Part shown: piece by piece, positions 21,020-30,801 of the stretch
Layout: each line of letters opens with the position of its first letter
Position numbering within the stretch: position 1 is the stretch's first letter
IMG/VR virus record: IMGVR_UViG_3300020112_000420
Location: 22,459-86,458 of that record
Length of the DNA: 64,000 nt
Origin: a virus
Taxonomy: Duplodnaviria > Caudoviricetes
Direction: 5' to 3' (one strand)
Translations under genes and position numbers: made by a program
Notes under the pieces: model-generated
Database searches by the model: none
The model's input: the letters and a program-made list of their open reading frames with translations, nothing else
Told to the model about the DNA's origin: nothing

Positions 21020-21843
21020 TGGAAAGCGAAAGCAAGGACACGCACGGCGCACTTGGAACGCCGTGGTACGGATTCGACCTCGATGGTACGCTGGCGTACT
21101 ACGACCATTGGCACAACTACTGCCATATCGGTGCGCCCGTTCCGAAAATGGTGGAGCGCATCAAGGCGTACCACAATGCGGGCAAGTTGGTGAAAATCGT
21201 CACCGCCCGCGTCGCGCCGAAGGCGACCGACCCGAAGAAGCCATGTGGCGGAACGCCGAAGGAGTGCCGCGAAGTCATTGAGAAGTGGTGTCGCAAGTAC
21301 CTGGGGTTCGTACCCGAAATCACGCACGAGAAAGACCACCTCATGTTGGAACTCTACGATGACCGCGTGAAGCAAGTCCGTTCCAACACGGGCGTTCTCG
21401 TCGAAGAGGAACTCGACGAAGTGACGAAGGAGAACCTCGCGCAGGCGGCGGAACTACTTGCCTTGAAGCGCGAGAAGGCGTACAGCAAGCACGTCGTGAC
21501 CAAAAAGGAACTGTTGGACGCGCTGAACGAAATCGCGGACGAAGTGTATCTGACGCGCTATGTCGGAAACGTGAAAGAGCCGTATTTCCAAGAAGACGAC
21601 ATTACCGAAGACAACGGGCTGTCGTTCACCATAACCTTCTTGCGTTGCGACACGGAAACCATTGAAAAGCGCATTATGCGTTTGGTGCGGAAAGCCGAGA
21701 AGAAGTACGAAGTGAAAGACAGAAAGAAGAGCGGCATGTTCGCGGAAGTGCTTGAAGAGGAGTTTACGGGAAAGAAATACACCATGTATGAATGGCATTT
21801 CGACCCGAACTACGTCAGAAACCCCGAAGACGACGAGGATTGA
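21016..21843 (+). CDS. HAD-superfamily phosphatase (polynucleotide 3'-phosphatase-like) with C-terminal extension
   Basis: GFDLDGTLA, KIVTAR, LYDDR. Confidence 0.75.
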   Translation: MMESESKDTHGALGTPWYGFDLDGTLAYYDHWHNYCHIGAPVPKMVERIKAYHNAGKLVKIVTARVAPKATDPKKPCGGTPKECREVIEKWCRKYLGFVPEITHEKDHLMLELYDDRVKQVRSNTGVLVEEELDEVTKENLAQAAELLALKREKAYSKHVVTKKELLDALNEIADEVYLTRYVGNVKEPYFQEDDITEDNGLSFTITFLRCDTETIEKRIMRLVRKAEKKYEVKDRKKSGMFAEVLEEEFTGKKYTMYEWHFDPNYVRNPEDDED

Positions 21844-22640
21844 TGGGAATGACGGAAAGACGATACGATACGGCGGCGGACGGGAACGCCATATCCCCGT
21901 TTCTCGACAGGAACTTCTACGGCGAAATGTCGTGCAACATGGGCATTACGCCGACGAGGATTGACGACAGAGCGTTGCAGTACCGTGGCGTGGACGTGAA
22001 AATCGAAGGAATGCGCGGCACGTCGTACATAGACGAAAAGGTGAAACTCAACAACATCAACAACCCGCCGCCGAACTTCTGCTTTGAACTGTCGTCCATC
22101 CAAGGCGCGAAACAACGCGAAGGGTGGCTTACGCACCCCGAATCGCTGACGACGCACTATCTCATCGGTTGCGTGTTCTCGCGAAACACGGACAAGAAGA
22201 CGCTTACCGAAACGCAAGTAGACCACATTACCGCGTCGCTGATAAGCAAGACCGACGTTATCGTCTATCTGGCGTCGCTGGGTCTGACGGTCGATTATCT
22301 GCGCGACTTCGCGGCGAAGTTCAACCGCACATGCGAAATCGCGGGAGGCGTGAACGGACGCATTCAGCGCATTAGCGTCAAGGACACCGATGCCGTGTGG
22401 ATGACGTGTTCGCATTGGCTTGACGAACGACCGCTCAACATCGTCATACCGTCCAAGACGCTCAACCTTCTCCCGCATACGAGGAGGTACTGCATATCTC
22501 GCGGCGGCTACGTCGAAATCGGCTACCCGACGAGCGAGGACGTGCTGACGGCGCGTATCATCGAAATGGAACGGCGCATGGGCGAAATCGAAGAGAGGTT
22601 GGCGAATTTGGAGGATTCCGACGTTGACAAGGCGATATGA
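21843..22640 (+). CDS. PD-(D/E)XK-nuclease-like protein
   Basis: QYRGVDV...YIDEK...NFCFEL. Confidence 0.55.
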   Translation: MGMTERRYDTAADGNAISPFLDRNFYGEMSCNMGITPTRIDDRALQYRGVDVKIEGMRGTSYIDEKVKLNNINNPPPNFCFELSSIQGAKQREGWLTHPESLTTHYLIGCVFSRNTDKKTLTETQVDHITASLISKTDVIVYLASLGLTVDYLRDFAAKFNRTCEIAGGVNGRIQRISVKDTDAVWMTCSHWLDERPLNIVIPSKTLNLLPHTRRYCISRGGYVEIGYPTSEDVLTARIIEMERRMGEIEERLANLEDSDVDKAI

Positions 22641-22653
22641 AAAAAACTCAAAA

Positions 22654-22690
22654 TTCCCCCTTGCGGTACAGTTGGTAGTTGTGATATAAT
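22654..22690 (+). promoter_or_regulatory. sigma70-type promoter (second subfamily)
   Basis: TTGCGG 22661-22666, 18 bp, TATAAT 22685-22690. Confidence 0.75.
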
Positions 22691-22717
22691 TTACGCCGTC
22701 AGCGAAAACGGGAGTCG

Positions 22718-24437
22718 ATGACCATGAAAGACATAGACAGAAAGCCAAAGACCATTGCACAATGGCGACAGTTCCTCGACCGCTTCAACGAAACGGAGCG
22801 GTGGAGGACGGGGGAAGACGACCGCACGATGAAGGAAGTCATACCCGACATCGGACTCTACCACATGGAAATGCGCATGGTGGCGACCATCATCAGGGAA
22901 TCCATTGCGCTCTTGCCGAAGGCGTTGGAAGAGTGCGAGAACTGCCAGCCGTCCGTGCCGTGCGCCGACGGTTGCCTTGCCGAGGCGTTCCTCACCATTT
23001 TCGGACTTCACGGAAAGCCGAAAGGCGACACCACGAAGACAAAGGAAAAAAACAAGATGAAAGGGAAGAAATGAAGAAGAAAACCAATGACAAGCGGGAA
23101 ACCGACGGTCTGCCCGACTGCAAGAAGTGCATGAAGGAGAACGGAGGCAAATGCCCCGATGAAATCAAGCCCATCCGCATGGCGGTCTGCGACCTTCACG
23201 CGCTGTTGGATTTCGCGTTCAATGCGCGTTTCCTTCTGCTTGCGCTTGCGCCCGACTACAAAAAGGACACCAAGGGCTACCGCATGATGAAGTGCATCGA
23301 CGAGAGCGGGACGTTCCTCCGTCAGATGGCAAAGACAGTCGGTTTCAAGTCCCCCGTTTCGCTCTGCGACAGCGATTTCGGCGGCAAGAGCGACAAGTCG
23401 GGAGGCAAGAAGACCGTCGGCAAGGCGACCAAGAAGACCGTCAAGAAGGGGGGCAAGTGACATGAGGTACGCGCTCAAGGACGTAAGGCAGAACGCCAAA
23501 GACCTTCTTGCCTTGCAGACGAAGGAAATCCAGGACGCGAAGAAGCGCAAGGTTGCGGAAGGCGAAATCGACCGCGAGGTGGCGGAGAGCGGACGCGAGG
23601 CGATGACCACGGCGTTCCTCATGCTTGGTCTCGTGACGAACGAGGAAGCCCAGGCGATTTACAAGAAGCGGTGGACGAACGCCGACATCAAGGCGATTGA
23701 GTCCACGAAGTCGTGGATGTGCGCCGAATCGCGCCTAGCCAACGACTTCCGCCGCGTCGAAAACGGCAAGAAGAAAGGAGCGAAGTGACATGGCTATCAT
23801 CATTACCGACGGCAAGGAACGAGGCGCGGACAAGGGCAAGCGCGAATCCAACGGGCGTTTCGCCAAGAAGACGGACTTGAATACCGTCGCTCCGCACGAT
23901 TCCCGCAACAATCTCTGCGTCATGTCTTTCAGCGATGAAGTTCCTCATCATGTTCGCCGTCGCTGTGCCGAGTACGTCAACGAAGTGCTGAACCGCGACT
24001 TCGACGAAACGACCAAGCCATGGTTCGCGACCGATTACCGCGACAAGATTCTGTTGATTGGCGAACGCCTTGCGAACATGCGTCTCGCAAGGATTCTTGG
24101 CGAAAAGAACGCCACCATCACGAGCATGGAAGAGCGCATCAAGAACCTTGCCGCGTTGGTTGACGAACGCGACAGGCAGATTCACGACCTTGACCTCACG
24201 GCGGAATCCAAGTTGAACCAGACGCTTGCCGAAAAGACCGACATGCAGAATACCATCGACGACCTCCGCAAGTTGAGCGACAAGCGTCTTGAAGACAACC
24301 GCTTACTTTGCAAGTACCACGACTTCAAGTTGGCGGAATCGAACAACTTGGGTTGGTTCAAGTGTTTTATGGGCTTTGCGCTCGGCATCGCCATCGCCAT
24401 GCTCGTTTCAAACATCAAGGTGGGAAAGTTGTTCTAA
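22718..24437 (+). CDS. Four middle hypothetical proteins (22718-23074; 23071-23460; 23462-23788; 23790-24437, coiled coil with C-terminal TM)
   Basis: Coupled ORFs; the last ends in CFMGFALGIAIAMLV. Confidence 0.6.
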
Positions 24438-25159
24438 TGGCGAACATGCGTTTGGAAGACCTACCCGAACGCTATCAGACGCAGGCGAGGCGGCAGTTGA
24501 ACGCCCCCCGCCTTGCGTCTTTGCTCGTTAAAAAGGTCGGTTGCGTCGAGAAGGGGGCTAAAAAGCCCATAGGAACGCTTGGCGGAAAAGGCGGCTCATT
24601 GACCGAAAAACCGAAACGGAACGCCTGCAAGGGCGGAAAACGCGCAAAATCGGACATCGTGACATGTATAAGGGGTGTCGTGTGCGATTTTTCATTTTAT
24701 TCGGGAAAAACCACCCTTAAAATAGACGTAGACCCATCCAAAATACCGACGGCACAGCAGAAGGGAGCGGGCATTCGTGGCGGAAAACTCCATTTCTTCA
24801 CGAAAAAGAAGGTCGCCGCATGGGAAAAGGCATTGGTTTCGGCATTGAAGCCTTTGGCTTCCAAATTTGACCAATACCGCCGTGCCGCGCATGAAAACGG
24901 CATCGCCATTGACATGGAGTTCGCCTTCCGATACCCCGTCCAAACGCCGAACCGCGTCCTTTTGCTCGGCTCTTCGGCCATGGTGAAGCGTCCCGACGTG
25001 GATAACTTGTGCAAGGGGGTCATGGACTGCCTTACAATGTCGGGCATATTGGACGACGACAACTGCGTTTCGACGCTTCACCTTCGGAAATGCCGCGAAA
25101 CGTGCGAACCCTATATCATGGTTTCCATTGCCAAGGACACTTGGATGAGCGCATGTTGA
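24437..25159 (+). CDS. RusA-family Holliday junction resolvase
   Basis: KRPDVDNLCKGVMDCL..GILDDD..V. Confidence 0.85.
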   Translation: MANMRLEDLPERYQTQARRQLNAPRLASLLVKKVGCVEKGAKKPIGTLGGKGGSLTEKPKRNACKGGKRAKSDIVTCIRGVVCDFSFYSGKTTLKIDVDPSKIPTAQQKGAGIRGGKLHFFTKKKVAAWEKALVSALKPLASKFDQYRRAAHENGIAIDMEFAFRYPVQTPNRVLLLGSSAMVKRPDVDNLCKGVMDCLTMSGILDDDNCVSTLHLRKCRETCEPYIMVSIAKDTWMSAC

Positions 25160-25223
25160 CCGAGGGGCTGTCGTTGAAAGGAATGCGACACGGGTGAAAC
25201 GGAAGATACGATAGCGCGGAAAA

Positions 25224-26249
25224 ATGGCACGAAGCGACGAAACGGGGAACTGCACCAAATGCGCTCACCAAGCGGAGATAGCGGCGGCGACGACCGACGC
25301 GGAACGCACACGCCTACAGAAAATCTGCCTGCGGTGCATCCGTGGTTGCGACAAGTGCGAACACGGAAAGCGAAAGGACGCGCTCGACGGATTCATCGAC
25401 ATGTGCGACGGCGGCAAGTCCGTTGCCGACTTGTACCTCGAAAAGTCAGACATACGCAAGCGGCATTGCGAACCATGCAAAGACCCTCGGCAGAACACGG
25501 GTTGCCGCAACTGCCCATTCCGAGAACGCATCGACACCATTTCGCTTGTCGTCCAACTCATTGAGCGCAAGGGCGTTTTAGCTGGCAAGAACAAAGTCCC
25601 GTCGTCATGGAACGACGGCGTACCGACGCGCCTCGATGCCTTGAAGGAGCGAAACCGCATTACCTACGAGGTATGCACAAAGTGCCGCAAAGCACCATTC
25701 ACCGATGACTGCGCCCCGCACGGCGGGAAGGAAGTCGTCGCCTTTGAAGCCGCCGAAAACCCCGACTCCATACTTGAATACGCCGACCCATTCGCCTTCC
25801 AGCACGACAAGAAGGACTTTCGACACTTCGACGAAACAGCGACGGAACAAGAGGATTTCGTCCGCAACAAGGTCACGAAGCAACTCACCGCCGCCGTCGA
25901 AGAACGCCTCAAAATCGAGATTTCCAACTTCGGGTCGAAACTCGACATGATTGACCGCGAACTCGTCTTCTTCATACTTCACGGCGGACACCTCAAGGAC
26001 TTCGGCTCGATGCAATGGGCGCAGAAGTACATGCAGAAACTCACCACCCCTATGACCAAGCAGGCGATTCACAACCGATTCAAGAAGGTGTGCCACGAAA
26101 TGCCCATTCTCCGCTCCGTAGCGCATGGCATGATTGGCAAGGGAAAGGGCGGAAAGGGACGCGCCAAGGCACAGCCATCCTATCAGCAACTCGACATGTT
26201 CTCCGTTCTCGCGGGAATTGCGTCGGCGGCGAACGGTTCGGGCGAATAA
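25224..26249 (+). CDS. Multi-CxxC protein with C-terminal sigma-region-4-like HTH; candidate late transcription activator
   Basis: Six CxxC motifs; MTKQAIHNRFKKV helix; position after RusA at the end of the middle region. Confidence 0.45.
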   Translation: MARSDETGNCTKCAHQAEIAAATTDAERTRLQKICLRCIRGCDKCEHGKRKDALDGFIDMCDGGKSVADLYLEKSDIRKRHCEPCKDPRQNTGCRNCPFRERIDTISLVVQLIERKGVLAGKNKVPSSWNDGVPTRLDALKERNRITYEVCTKCRKAPFTDDCAPHGGKEVVAFEAAENPDSILEYADPFAFQHDKKDFRHFDETATEQEDFVRNKVTKQLTAAVEERLKIEISNFGSKLDMIDRELVFFILHGGHLKDFGSMQWAQKYMQKLTTPMTKQAIHNRFKKVCHEMPILRSVAHGMIGKGKGGKGRAKAQPSYQQLDMFSVLAGIASAANGSGE

Positions 26250-26262
26250 AAAGCAAAACCGC

Positions 26263-26936
26263 ATGGAAAGAACTTATCCGACCACCTACTTGCTGATGAA
26301 AAGCGGCCCGTGTGCCTACGCCTGCAAACATGACGGCGACTGCGACAAATGCAAAGAATACGGCGACATCCGATCTTGCCCGTGGAACGTCTACGTCACG
26401 AAACGCTATTGCCGCTTGTGCCGTGAGCGCATGTTTTCAGTAGAGCAACTAACAAAGAAGGTTTCCGAGGTTTCCGAATGAACGACATTGAAACGCTAAT
26501 GGGTGGCATGAACATCGGAGGCGATGCGGCGCACATGTCGCCACGGCAGATTCTAGACATGCGATTCGGCATTGCGCAGAAAATCGCACAACGGGCCGCC
26601 CAACAGCAAAAACTGATTGCCACCCGTGGTCTCGACAAAGCCTTGCTTCAATCGGCTCACCGTAAACACTTGTTTCCGGTTCGCTCTATCCCCGCGCCCG
26701 CACACGCGACGCTCGGTAGCATACCAAATGAAGAAAAACGTTATCAAGAAAGATTAACAATCATCAATGCCATTCGGCAGAGAATGGGCGCAATCCCCAT
26801 GCCAAAAAAAGTGCGCGAAGAACGCATAAAAAAGGGCTTGCCAGTTCCAGACCCAAATGTACCCTATGTTATCGTCGAAGCACCCGATAACTCGCAAGAA
26901 AACAAAGAACAACAACAATTCCAATCATTTTCGTGA
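26263..26936 (+). CDS. Two hypothetical proteins (26263-26481, Cys-rich; 26478-26936)
   Basis: Coupled ORFs. Confidence 0.5.
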
Positions 26937-27035
26937 GTTCGTTAAATAGGTTGGACATAGCCGTGGCGTGACCCGTGTATAGATAGCGCACACGCACGCG
27001 CACGAATGGCATTATAAACATAAGGAGAAAACAGT

Positions 27036-27908
27036 ATGGCGAAAAGTTTACAAACGCGGTTCGGGAAGATTAAAAAACTGCACAATAATCCTCGGAAAAT
27101 CAGCAAGGTGCAAATGCAGAAGTTGGTAGACAGTCTGTACGAGGACAAGGACTTCATGCCGTTCGGCGGCATTGTGATAGACGAGAACAACGAGATATTG
27201 AGCGGGAACCAGCGGTACACGGCGTTGCAGACCATCCACGAAGAATTGCAGGGACAAGACGACATCGAGGATGTGGATTGGCAGTCGATACGGGACGGCG
27301 TGATACCCGACAAGTGGGTATTGCAGATGACGCGACCGTCGGAGTTGAGCGAAGCGGAGTGGGAAGCGAAGAAGAAGCGGTATGTCATCAAGATGAACTC
27401 TCCCGAAGGAATGAGCGGCGAGTTCGACTACGAGATATTGCAGGCGGAGTTCGGCATGGAAATCCTTGGGGAGTCGGGCATTGACTTCGCGAACTTGACG
27501 GACGACGTGCAGAAGAACGACGGGGAAGAGAAGACGGAGGAGATAGAGGGAAGTCCCGTCGGTGAGAACAACGAGCGCATAGCATCGTTCAAGGATTTGC
27601 GAAATTCGTTCAAGAATCGCGCATGGGACATGGCGGAAGCGGCGCACTATGTCTGTTTCGTGTTTCAGAACACGGAGCAGAAGCATGATTTTCTTGAGAA
27701 GGCGAAAATCGGAAGCCGCTATGGGCTGTTTGCCAACGGCATTGACTTGGCGAAGGCGATGGGCATTGAACTTGTGGAAGCGAAGGGAGTCCGTGCGGCG
27801 GTTGAACTATCGCCCGTCAAGGACTTGAAGGCGATGACGCTGAATCCCGAAGCGGACGAAGACGACAAAGAAGACGACAATGAAGATGGCGAAGGCGAAG
27901 AATCGTGA
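27036..27908 (+). CDS. ParB/sulfiredoxin-like N-terminal domain protein
   Basis: HNNPRKIS...GIVIDENNEILSGNQRYTAL. Confidence 0.75.
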   Translation: MAKSLQTRFGKIKKLHNNPRKISKVQMQKLVDSLYEDKDFMPFGGIVIDENNEILSGNQRYTALQTIHEELQGQDDIEDVDWQSIRDGVIPDKWVLQMTRPSELSEAEWEAKKKRYVIKMNSPEGMSGEFDYEILQAEFGMEILGESGIDFANLTDDVQKNDGEEKTEEIEGSPVGENNERIASFKDLRNSFKNRAWDMAEAAHYVCFVFQNTEQKHDFLEKAKIGSRYGLFANGIDLAKAMGIELVEAKGVRAAVELSPVKDLKAMTLNPEADEDDKEDDNEDGEGEES

Positions 27909-27914
27909 TTGACT

Positions 27915-27930
27915 TTTACCGAATGGCTAT
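27915..27930 (+). promoter_or_regulatory. Putative late promoter (copy 2)
   Basis: TTTAC-CGAA-TGGCTAT. Confidence 0.7.
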
Positions 27931-27985
27931 AAGTGGACTTTGATAAGTCCATTATTCCAATAAAATAAAAAGGAGATACAAGAAA

Positions 27986-28219
27986 ATGGCTACGAAGAAG
28001 AAAGCGGCGGGAATGCCTGGGCGCGTCAAGTCCGCAAGTGGTGTCAAGGTCGCGAAGGGTAGCGGCTTTACGGCGTTCGCTCGGACGCGGAAGGTCGGCA
28101 AAGGCGGCGGTCGTACTGCCTATGGCAAGATGTCGGTCGTTCGCGGCGGCGGCAAGGTCGCGGTGAGCGGCAAGGGTACTCACGCCTACAAGAACGGTTC
28201 GCACGAGCCGAGCAAGTGA
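27986..28219 (+). CDS. Small K/G-rich basic peptide A (77 aa)
   Basis: AAGGAG RBS; MATKK...GTHAYKNGSHEPSK. Confidence 0.7.
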   Translation: MATKKKAAGMPGRVKSASGVKVAKGSGFTAFARTRKVGKGGGRTAYGKMSVVRGGGKVAVSGKGTHAYKNGSHEPSK

Positions 28220-28239
28220 TTTCAACAGGAGGTGTCAGA

Positions 28240-28407
28240 ATGGCTACGAAAAAGAATGGCAAGGGCAAGGCGAAGGCGACGAGGACTGTTCCCAGGAACA
28301 TTAACGACACTTGGGGGATGCTGAAGCGCGGCGCGAACGCCCATGTGACCACGAAAACGAAGGGCGGACATACCTACAAGGGTACGTCGCACGAGCCGAC
28401 CAAGTAA
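28240..28407 (+). CDS. Small basic peptide B (55 aa), paralogue of A
   Basis: GGAGG RBS; MATKK...GGHTYKGTSHEPTK. Confidence 0.7.
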   Translation: MATKKNGKGKAKATRTVPRNINDTWGMLKRGANAHVTTKTKGGHTYKGTSHEPTK

Positions 28408-28410
28408 GGT

Positions 28411-29241
28411 ATGGTTTTCGACCTTCCTTTCAACACGCCCGAAACCGACGCGCTCTGCAAGGAGATTGCCAAACGGTCGAAGGGCGTGTGTCTTTTAGGG
28501 TTCAGCGGAGGCAAGGATGCCGTCTGCGCGTGGCTGAACCTTTCGCGCTATTTCAAGCGCATCGTCCCTTTCCATTGCGCCACGATACCGAAACTCCCCG
28601 TGCGGGAGGAGGCGTTGCGGTACTATGAGCATGTGTTCGACACGCATATCTACCGCATGGCGGAAAAGGACATTTTCACGATGATGTCCCGCATGATTTA
28701 CCAACTCTACGGCGACGAGGACTTCATCGACTCGCTCGGATTCTTCGACTACGACAAGTGCGACATAGCCGACTTTCTGCGCTACAAGTTGAACCTTCCG
28801 AAAGCGTGGTGCGCGTTCGGCATAAACGCCTGCGATTCGCTTGAGCGTCGCTTTCTATGCAGTTCGTGCGGGGGTATGCACGAAGAGGGCATGTCGTTTT
28901 ACCCGACGTGGAACTGGCCGAGGGCTGAAATCCTCAACACCATCCGCGTCAATGAAATCAAACTGTCGGATGAATACAACCACTTCTGCGGTTCTATCGA
29001 CACCGCACCGACGTGGCACATGATTAACAAGTTGAAGAAATACTATCCGACGGAGTATGCTATTTTGAAGGACTACCTACCGCTGTGCGAGGCGGAACTT
29101 GCGCGTCAGGACTTTCGCCGCGAATGGCTGAAGGTGGACGAACGGGGACGCAAGCGCGACTCGGACGAAGAAGCGGAAAAGGAGGAACGTTCCAACGGGA
29201 AGGACGGAGCAAATGAAACCAGCACAAGGGAAGAAGGATGA
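28411..29241 (+). CDS. PAPS-reductase-like / PP-loop ATP pyrophosphatase
   Basis: LLGFSGGKDA; FYPTWNWPRAEI. Confidence 0.75.
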   Translation: MVFDLPFNTPETDALCKEIAKRSKGVCLLGFSGGKDAVCAWLNLSRYFKRIVPFHCATIPKLPVREEALRYYEHVFDTHIYRMAEKDIFTMMSRMIYQLYGDEDFIDSLGFFDYDKCDIADFLRYKLNLPKAWCAFGINACDSLERRFLCSSCGGMHEEGMSFYPTWNWPRAEILNTIRVNEIKLSDEYNHFCGSIDTAPTWHMINKLKKYYPTEYAILKDYLPLCEAELARQDFRREWLKVDERGRKRDSDEEAEKEERSNGKDGANETSTREEG

Positions 29242-29767
29242 CAAGCCGAAAGGCACGGCACCGGATGCCGCGCCCATGCACGAGAGCAACGGGAAGAAGG
29301 CGAACGGTAGCGTGTCGCACTTCCGTTTCAACCGCAAACTCGGCAACGACGACATTGAGTTGATTCTGACGGGGCTGAAACGCTACCGCCCCCTCGTCAA
29401 CATCGCCAACGAACTCGACTGTTCCTACGGCGCGTTGCTCAAATTCATCAAGGACACCCCCGTTCTCGCGGAAATGAAGTACCGTTCGGCGGAAGGGCGC
29501 ATCGACATCGCGGAGTCCGCGCTGATGAACTCCATTGCCGAGGGCAACCTCAACGCGATATTCTTCTTCCTTGACCGCATGGCGCGTAGCCGTGGCTACG
29601 GTCAGCATCATGAAGTCGAAGCGGCGGTCAAGGAAAGTGCGCCGCGCATTGTCATTGGCACGATTGGCAAGGAGCGCATCGAAGCGGCGAAGAAACTTGT
29701 GGAAGAAGCGACGAAGGCGGCGAAGGCTTGTATGCCAGACGACGAAAACGGCGGTGGCGAACAATGA
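29213..29767 (+). CDS. terS: Terminase small subunit (probable)
   Basis: N-terminal HTH (NIANELDCSY), DIAESALM..I..GNLNAIFFFL...RGY; lies upstream of TerL. Confidence 0.65.
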   Translation: MKPAQGKKDDKPKGTAPDAAPMHESNGKKANGSVSHFRFNRKLGNDDIELILTGLKRYRPLVNIANELDCSYGALLKFIKDTPVLAEMKYRSAEGRIDIAESALMNSIAEGNLNAIFFFLDRMARSRGYGQHHEVEAAVKESAPRIVIGTIGKERIEAAKKLVEEATKAAKACMPDDENGGGEQ

Positions 29768-30228
29768 GAAAGCCAAGGTTGCAGATTATCCGTGGACTGC
29801 CAGGAAGCGGCAAGTCAACCTACGCGCACAAGCATTGGCCGAACCTTCTAAAGTTGGAGTTCGACTACTACTGTATGCGCGGAGGCGTGTACGAGTGGGG
29901 CGTGAAGCGCAACGAAGAAGGTCAGCGTTGGCTTGAGGTGACGATTTGCTCCATGTTGTTCCAACAGATTGATTTCGTCGTGTGCGGCGTGTTCGCGGGA
30001 AACGCCGAGCGTTTGGAGTACCTCGTCAAGTTGGCGGAGGCGTTCGGCTACGACGTGTGGATAAAGACGCTGACGGCGAACTTCGGCAACGTCCACGGTT
30101 GCCGTCCCGAAGACCTTGAAGACATGAGAATCGGGTTCAAGCGGTATGACGAATGGCTGGCGCACAAGGATAACGTAAACATTGGCGACATGCCGACGGA
30201 GTATGCCGTTGCGCCATTGGTGGACTGA
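29764..30228 (+). CDS. AAA_33-type P-loop kinase (polynucleotide-kinase-like)
   Basis: LQIIRGLPGSGKSTYA. Confidence 0.75.
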   Translation: MRKPRLQIIRGLPGSGKSTYAHKHWPNLLKLEFDYYCMRGGVYEWGVKRNEEGQRWLEVTICSMLFQQIDFVVCGVFAGNAERLEYLVKLAEAFGYDVWIKTLTANFGNVHGCRPEDLEDMRIGFKRYDEWLAHKDNVNIGDMPTEYAVAPLVD

Positions 30229-30262
30229 ATAAAACTGAATAATCAGAAAAGGTAGGCATTTC

Positions 30263-30787
30263 GTGAAGTTCATGCCTGAAAGCGGCTTCAAATCAAACGA
30301 TGTCGTGTATACGCCGCCTCGTTTGGCGCGTCTGTTCGTACAGCACTTCAACCCGCAAGGAAAGGGTCTCGACCCGTCCCGTGGTGGTGGCGCGTTCTAC
30401 AACGAGTTCCAAGGCGAAAAGGACTGGTGCGAGATAGCCGAGGGGAGATATTTCTTCGACTACAAGGAAAAAGTGGACTACATAATGACCAACCCGCCGT
30501 GGTCGCTCATGCGCAAGTTCTTGATTCACAGTTATGAGATTGCCGACCATATCTATTTCCTTGTGACGCTGGGGCATTGCTTCACGAGGGCGCGGTTGAA
30601 CGACATGGAGAACGCGGGTTTCGGAATGGTGGAGTTGTGCCGTTGCAACACGCCGAAGGACGGCAAGTGGCCGACGACGGGGCTTCAACTCGGCATGGTG
30701 CATATCGCACGGGGCTATACGGGCAACATCGCCTTGACGCGGCTCGACGAAAGCGACGGCAAGGTGCAGGGCGTTCTCGCAATCTGA
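30263..30787 (+). CDS. DNA adenine methyltransferase (gamma-like motif order)
   Basis: VVYTP, LDPSRGGGAF, then IMTNPPW. Confidence 0.8.
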   Translation: MKFMPESGFKSNDVVYTPPRLARLFVQHFNPQGKGLDPSRGGGAFYNEFQGEKDWCEIAEGRYFFDYKEKVDYIMTNPPWSLMRKFLIHSYEIADHIYFLVTLGHCFTRARLNDMENAGFGMVELCRCNTPKDGKWPTTGLQLGMVHIARGYTGNIALTRLDESDGKVQGVLAI

Positions 30788-30801
30788 GGAGGTGAAAGGC
30801 A

